From NCBI GenBank assembly GCA_003284215.1, contig QBVW01000004.1, positions 43,722 through 107,721 on the forward strand: DNA of 64,000 nucleotides, written 5' to 3'. The notes under the pieces were generated by a model that searched no databases, had not been told where the DNA came from, and saw only the letters and a program-made list of their open reading frames with translations. Position 1 is the stretch's first letter, and every line of letters starts with the position of its first letter. The stretch is from SAR86 cluster bacterium AG-313-D11 (GTDB lineage Bacteria > Pseudomonadota > Gammaproteobacteria > Magnimaribacterales > D2472). The translations under genes and the position numbers were made by a program. This document shows positions 59,640 to 64,000 of the stretch, one piece after another.

Positions 59640-60204
59640 TATTTAGAAAATTCTGTATTTTTAGAATATGAGACTCAAAATTTTCAAAGGAATGATTTCC
59701 TCCAAATGTAACATCGAGCTGGCTGCCGGAAAAGTACTTAATAGCAATTTTATAGTCAAGGACTTCATCTCCTGACTGAACCAAAGTCATGAAATTCTCA
59801 TGTTTTTTTAAGACTCTAATTTTTTTATTCATTACGCCTAACCAGTCCAACTGATCCTGATCAATAACAAACTTTTCTCCAGTTGAGTAGTTTTGATTTT
59901 CACCAAGATATTCAGACATATCTATCGGAGGAATTGCTGGGTTTATATTTACACACAACAGATCATATTTTTCTGCAAAATATGTTCCAAAAAAACCACC
60001 TAAGGAACTTCCAATAATTGAAGAGGGAGATTCTGTTTTAATTATTTCTTCAATCTGCTGATAAGCATGTTTAATATTATTATTCAAATCAGGAATTAGG
60101 ATCCTACTCGAGCTTGTATTTTTCTTAACAAAAGACTCAATTACTTTTGCTTTAGTTGAATCTGCAGAGGATGCAAATCCATGAAGATATAAAATTTTAG
60201 TCAT
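59632..60204 (-). CDS. yqiA: YqiA/YcfP-family esterase
   Basis: YLHGFASS, GSSLGG, INPA, GDEVLD, GGNHSF. Confidence 0.88.
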   Translation of the reverse strand: MTKILYLHGFASSADSTKAKVIESFVKKNTSSSRILIPDLNNNIKHAYQQIEEIIKTESPSSIIGSSLGGFFGTYFAEKYDLLCVNINPAIPPIDMSEYLGENQNYSTGEKFVIDQDQLDWLGVMNKKIRVLKKHENFMTLVQSGDEVLDYKIAIKYFSGSQLDVTFGGNHSFENFESHILKIQNFLNMH

Positions 60205-60285
60205 TAGTAATTTATTTATTTGGCATCAACCTCTTGATTTAAAAATATGTTTTCAAACTACTTATTTTGAACTTAATAAAAATTT

Positions 60286-60717
60286 TTAATCATTCAAAAA
60301 ATTTATTTCTTTTGCTTCGACTGCTCCGTTTAAAAATATGTTTTCAAGCCACTCAGTAAGAATTCTATTTTGTTGATATTTTTCATCTTGTGATTGAGAG
60401 AATGGAGAGGGCACAAAAAATGGAACAGGTTTTTCTTGTTGGTAAGAAATTACTTCAGCTAATTTTGCATCAATATAAATATTTATTCTAAGTAAAAAAT
60501 TTACTAGGGCCGAATCTTTATTTTTAAATTTTGCCTCGAGCATAAGAGTATGTGGCGTTCTTGAGATTACTAAGAATTCAGCTAGATTTTTATATTCAAG
60601 ATTTAGAATTTCAAATGTATATGCATCATTTTTAAAATCACGAAGAATTTTACTTAACCTAGAAAAATTTGCACTGCATGTTGTTAAATGATTTTTTGTT
60701 TTTAAATTCTTATACAT
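60286..60717 (-). CDS. DUF1249 (YqiB-like) protein
   Basis: C..NF.RL, IYIDAKLAEV, DEKYQQNRILTEWL. Confidence 0.78.
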   Translation of the reverse strand: MYKNLKTKNHLTTCSANFSRLSKILRDFKNDAYTFEILNLEYKNLAEFLVISRTPHTLMLEAKFKNKDSALVNFLLRINIYIDAKLAEVISYQQEKPVPFFVPSPFSQSQDEKYQQNRILTEWLENIFLNGAVEAKEINFLND

Positions 60718-61842
60718 TTATTTAATTTTATAATCATTGTTAAAAGGTGTATAGGATTTGCATGCCTCAATATAATTTTCAATTTGAGTCCTTTCTGATT
60801 TACAAAAATCATTTACTGCTTGGCCAAAATCATCTCTTAAAAAATAATGAAATGATGAACTTAAATGCGGTTGAAAGCCTCTTCTAATTTTATGCTCGCC
60901 CTGAACTCCAGGATCAAAAAATTTAAGTTTATTTTTTATGCAATATTCTATTCCTTGATAATAACAGCATTCAAAATGTAGATTTTTTATTTTTGTTGTT
61001 GCCCCCCAATGCCTTCCATATAAAGTGTCGCCACCTTCAAAACATAATGATGCACCAATTGACTCTCCTTCAATTTCAGCAAAGAAAATTACTGGTTTAA
61101 CTTTCTGATTTACGGTACTAATTAGTTTAAAAAATTCTTTATTCAGATATGGGTCTTGTGCCCTTTCATAATAGGTTTGTTGATAAAATATATAGAATAA
61201 ATCCCAATCCTGAGCAGTAATTTCATCATTTTTCTTACATTTAAATTCGATGCCAAGTTTGGAAATGCCTTTCCTTTCTTTGCGAATCGTCGCTCTTTGA
61301 CGTGAAGTAAATATAGATAGAAAATTATTGAAATCAACAAAATCTTCATTCTGCCAAGTAAACCTATAATTGTATCTTTCAACAAAGTTTCTTTCTCTTA
61401 GAATGCTCTTGCCTGATTCATTGGGGAAAAGAATATGCCAGGATTCTATTTCCTCCGTTTCCATTTTTTTAATTGCAGCATCAATAAGATTCAGTTTTGA
61501 CTTATCATTCTCAGCTAAAATTCTGTCTCCTTCACAAGGAGTAAAAGGAATTGCTGTAAGTAATTTAGGGTAATATTTTCTGCCAGCTCCATTTAATGCA
61601 TTTGCCCACTGATGATCAAAAATGAATTCACCATAGCTATTAAATTTTTTATATAAAGGTAGAAAGCTAATTAATTTTCTATTTTTGATTTCTCCAAGAT
61701 GATCTGGAATCCAACCAGATCTTTCAGACGCAGAATTACTTTGCTCCATTGCTCGCAAATATGAAAAATCTTCAAAAGGATTGCTTGCTTTTATTGAATA
61801 AAGCTTTTCTTGTAAATCAATTTTTTTGATTTCAGGTGGCAT
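60718..61842 (-). CDS. FemAB-like GNAT protein (DUF482)
   Basis: SYGEFIFDHQWA, YYPKL, LHFECCYYQGI, QGEHKIRRG. Confidence 0.88.
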   Translation of the reverse strand: MPPEIKKIDLQEKLYSIKASNPFEDFSYLRAMEQSNSASERSGWIPDHLGEIKNRKLISFLPLYKKFNSYGEFIFDHQWANALNGAGRKYYPKLLTAIPFTPCEGDRILAENDKSKLNLIDAAIKKMETEEIESWHILFPNESGKSILRERNFVERYNYRFTWQNEDFVDFNNFLSIFTSRQRATIRKERKGISKLGIEFKCKKNDEITAQDWDLFYIFYQQTYYERAQDPYLNKEFFKLISTVNQKVKPVIFFAEIEGESIGASLCFEGGDTLYGRHWGATTKIKNLHFECCYYQGIEYCIKNKLKFFDPGVQGEHKIRRGFQPHLSSSFHYFLRDDFGQAVNDFCKSERTQIENYIEACKSYTPFNNDYKIK

Positions 61843-61846
61843 AAAA

Positions 61847-62689
61847 TTAGAGTATCAGAAAACAAAATATTGAGAGGGTAAGCAAATACAAAGATGCCCA
61901 ATGATTATTTTTAAAAGCTAGTAAATAATTTTTTTGCAATGCAAGCCGCTGCTGAAAAAAGTAAAAACCACTTAACAACATTATGCCAATGTACCAAGCA
62001 GATGAAAGCTCTGCTTTCAATCCAACGATTAGCAAAAGGCCAATAACGGAAAATTGCAAGATTGCAATAATCAATAAAGTATTTGATCCCCACCATAATG
62101 GAGTCGAATTGATACCTAATTTTTTGTCATCTTCTTTATCACACAACCCATAGAAGGAGTCGAAGGCGATAGTTTTTGCAGCGATTGCAAGATAGAGAAA
62201 AATCATCGTTGGGTTATTCAACTCATTTGTCATAGCGTAAACAATAATTGTTGGGTTGAAAGTTAGACCAAGAAAAATCTGAGGCCCAATAAAAAATCTT
62301 TTTGTCAGAGGGTATACAACTATCATTAGACCAAAACAAATACTTATCAAAATAGTATTTGCATTGGTTAAGCTAAGTAACGCTAGGCTCAATATACCAA
62401 GCACCACAAAAATAACCCAACTTTCAGATATTGAGAGCTTTTTACTGGGTATTGGCCTTGTTTTTGTTCTCTCTACCTCTCCATCAAGGTCTTTATCCCA
62501 TATATCATTGATAACACAGCCTGCTGATCTCACTAAAATACTTCCAATAATGACAATTAATAAATGAGAGTATGCAAAATTACCGTTTGTGCTAATTACT
62601 AAAGCTAATAATGCTGGCCAAAGTAATAGGTAGATACCGATTGGCTTATCAAGACGCATCAATTCAAATATAGCCAATGCCTTACTCAT
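61847..62689 (-). CDS. ubiA: 4-hydroxybenzoate polyprenyltransferase
   Basis: RLDKPIG, AGCVINDIWD, RTKTRP, DKEDD. Confidence 0.93.
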   Translation of the reverse strand: MSKALAIFELMRLDKPIGIYLLLWPALLALVISTNGNFAYSHLLIVIIGSILVRSAGCVINDIWDKDLDGEVERTKTRPIPSKKLSISESWVIFVVLGILSLALLSLTNANTILISICFGLMIVVYPLTKRFFIGPQIFLGLTFNPTIIVYAMTNELNNPTMIFLYLAIAAKTIAFDSFYGLCDKEDDKKLGINSTPLWWGSNTLLIIAILQFSVIGLLLIVGLKAELSSAWYIGIMLLSGFYFFQQRLALQKNYLLAFKNNHWASLYLLTLSIFCFLIL

Positions 62690-63177
62690 AGCGATAAAAA
62701 TACCTCCATAACACTCAAGGGATATCCTCGAACATGATAATGAGTCCTTCTCCCCCAGACCAACTCTTCAGAAGAGGTAAGAAATTTTGCAAACTCACGA
62801 TGTGTTTTAATAAACAGATCGCTTTGAAATAGTAAATCACCTAGCGGTTTTGATCCAATGGTTCCTAATCCAGGATAGCCTTTTGCTGCAGTAAGATTTG
62901 GGATAATGCTTCTTGCAAAAACACGGGGCACTAGATCTCCGTATAAAACAACTTCTCTTATTCGAACTTCATCTGATGCGATATCAAGCATCAAATATTC
63001 TTCATCTTCTGCAATGCCAATATCATCACTTAAAATTTCAAGTTTAAAGTTAGAATCTGCTGAAATTTTTGCTGTAATTGAACCTTCTTCATTCAACCAA
63101 TCCAAAATGTTTTGATCCTTTAAAGAGCTTTTTAACTCTAGACTGTTTAGCCACTTATTAATTCTTTTTGCTTGCAT
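62686..63177 (-). CDS. ubiC: Chorismate lyase
   Basis: GSIT, REVVL, FARSIIP, PLG.LLF, WGRR, EVFL. Confidence 0.88.
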   Translation of the reverse strand: MQAKRINKWLNSLELKSSLKDQNILDWLNEEGSITAKISADSNFKLEILSDDIGIAEDEEYLMLDIASDEVRIREVVLYGDLVPRVFARSIIPNLTAAKGYPGLGTIGSKPLGDLLFQSDLFIKTHREFAKFLTSSEELVWGRRTHYHVRGYPLSVMEVFLSL

Positions 63178-63264
63178 GAATTAGATCTATAAAATCTGAT
63201 ATTATAGCCTGCTTAATTTTCATTAAATGAGACTTTTTAAGTCAGATTAACTAAGAGAGAGAAA

Positions 63265-63435
63265 ATGGAATACAAAAAATGGGAATGTATTGTATGCGGA
63301 CTAATATATGATGAAGAGCTGGGTTGGCCAGATGATGGTATTGCCCCAGGAACTGCTTGGGATGATGTTCCGGACGATTGGTTATGCCCCGATTGTGGGG
63401 TGGGTAAAGAAGATTTTGAAATGACAGAGATTTAA
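63265..63435 (+). CDS. Rubredoxin (56 aa), not in the ORF track
   Basis: [56 protein letters not shown]; two CxxCG motifs. Confidence 0.95.
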   Translation: MEYKKWECIVCGLIYDEELGWPDDGIAPGTAWDDVPDDWLCPDCGVGKEDFEMTEI

Positions 63436-64000
63436 TGATTGAAACTCCAAAACACTTAACCAGAAACATACTTATTGGTCTGGTTCTTGGTTTTGTTGTT
63501 GGCTCTTTCCTTTTTTATACAAATTTCTTTCCAAACTCGGTAGATGCTTTTATAGAAAAATATATATTTAAGATGGGCGGAGATATCTTTATGAATCTCC
63601 TGAAGTTATTAGTTGTGCCTTTAGTTTTCTTTTCGTTGGTAACAGGCATCTCTTCTCTTGGAAGCTCTCAGTCTTTGGGAAAACTAACATTGAAAACTGT
63701 AGGCTTCTATCTCCTGACTACCGGAATTGCAGTTTCTTTGGCGCTTATAGCAGGCTCTTTCTTTCAGCCGGGCTCCAACTATTCATCTGATATAGCTATG
63801 GCTGCACCAAGTTCATTGCCTCAAGGGCAAGGAATCTACTCAACCATTGTTGGAATCTTTCCTTCAAACATTATTCAGGCAATGGCTGAAAATCAGATGC
63901 TGGCAATTGTATTCTTCAGTATTATTTTTGGTTTAGCTTTAAATAAAACAAATCATTTAACAGGAAATTTAAGCGATTCATTCGCCAAATTAAACACAGT
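63435..64000 (+). CDS. Dicarboxylate/amino acid:cation symporter (DAACS), 3'-truncated
   Basis: GDIFMNLLKLLVVPLVFFSLVTG, FPSNII; TAATG overlap with rubredoxin. Confidence 0.88.
   Translation, partial: MIETPKHLTRNILIGLVLGFVVGSFLFYTNFFPNSVDAFIEKYIFKMGGDIFMNLLKLLVVPLVFFSLVTGISSLGSSQSLGKLTLKTVGFYLLTTGIAVSLALIAGSFFQPGSNYSSDIAMAAPSSLPQGQGIYSTIVGIFPSNIIQAMAENQMLAIVFFSIIFGLALNKTNHLTGNLSDSFAKLNT

Noticed and set aside
63251-63469. 72-aa minus-strand ORF
   Set aside because: Antisense shadow of the rubredoxin gene.

Overview
A gene-dense, AT-rich bacterial chromosome segment with many overlapping start/stop codons. Gene content and order are gammaproteobacterial and resemble a streamlined marine lineage such as SAR86 (inference). 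Most of it is housekeeping: rpoH, trmB, yggS-proC-yggT-metX-metW-rdgB-hemW, argS, efp, a DUF3450/TtpC-ExbBD-TonB-TPR cluster, rppH-lgt-thyA-folA, gcvTHP, a Fur-boxed Fe(III) ABC transporter, mutY-yggX, ntrBC and ubiCA. The main finding is a ~2.3 kb mini-island at tRNA-Phe with no integrase. It is bounded by a 50-bp duplication of the tRNA 3' end, has AGTGTTCAT repeats arranged like recombinase arm sites at both inner ends, and carries a C5 methyltransferase, an Hpy99I-like endonuclease and a MORN-repeat protein. Three conserved loci also seem to hold replacement enzymes: a type II glutamine synthetase in the glnA-ntrBC position with an intact sigma54 promoter and two NtrC boxes, a T4-phage-like ThyA between lgt and folA, and a short GpmA where GpmI usually sits. 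trmB has no canonical start codon and probably starts at ATT. All family calls come from motif recognition by eye; no database searches were run.
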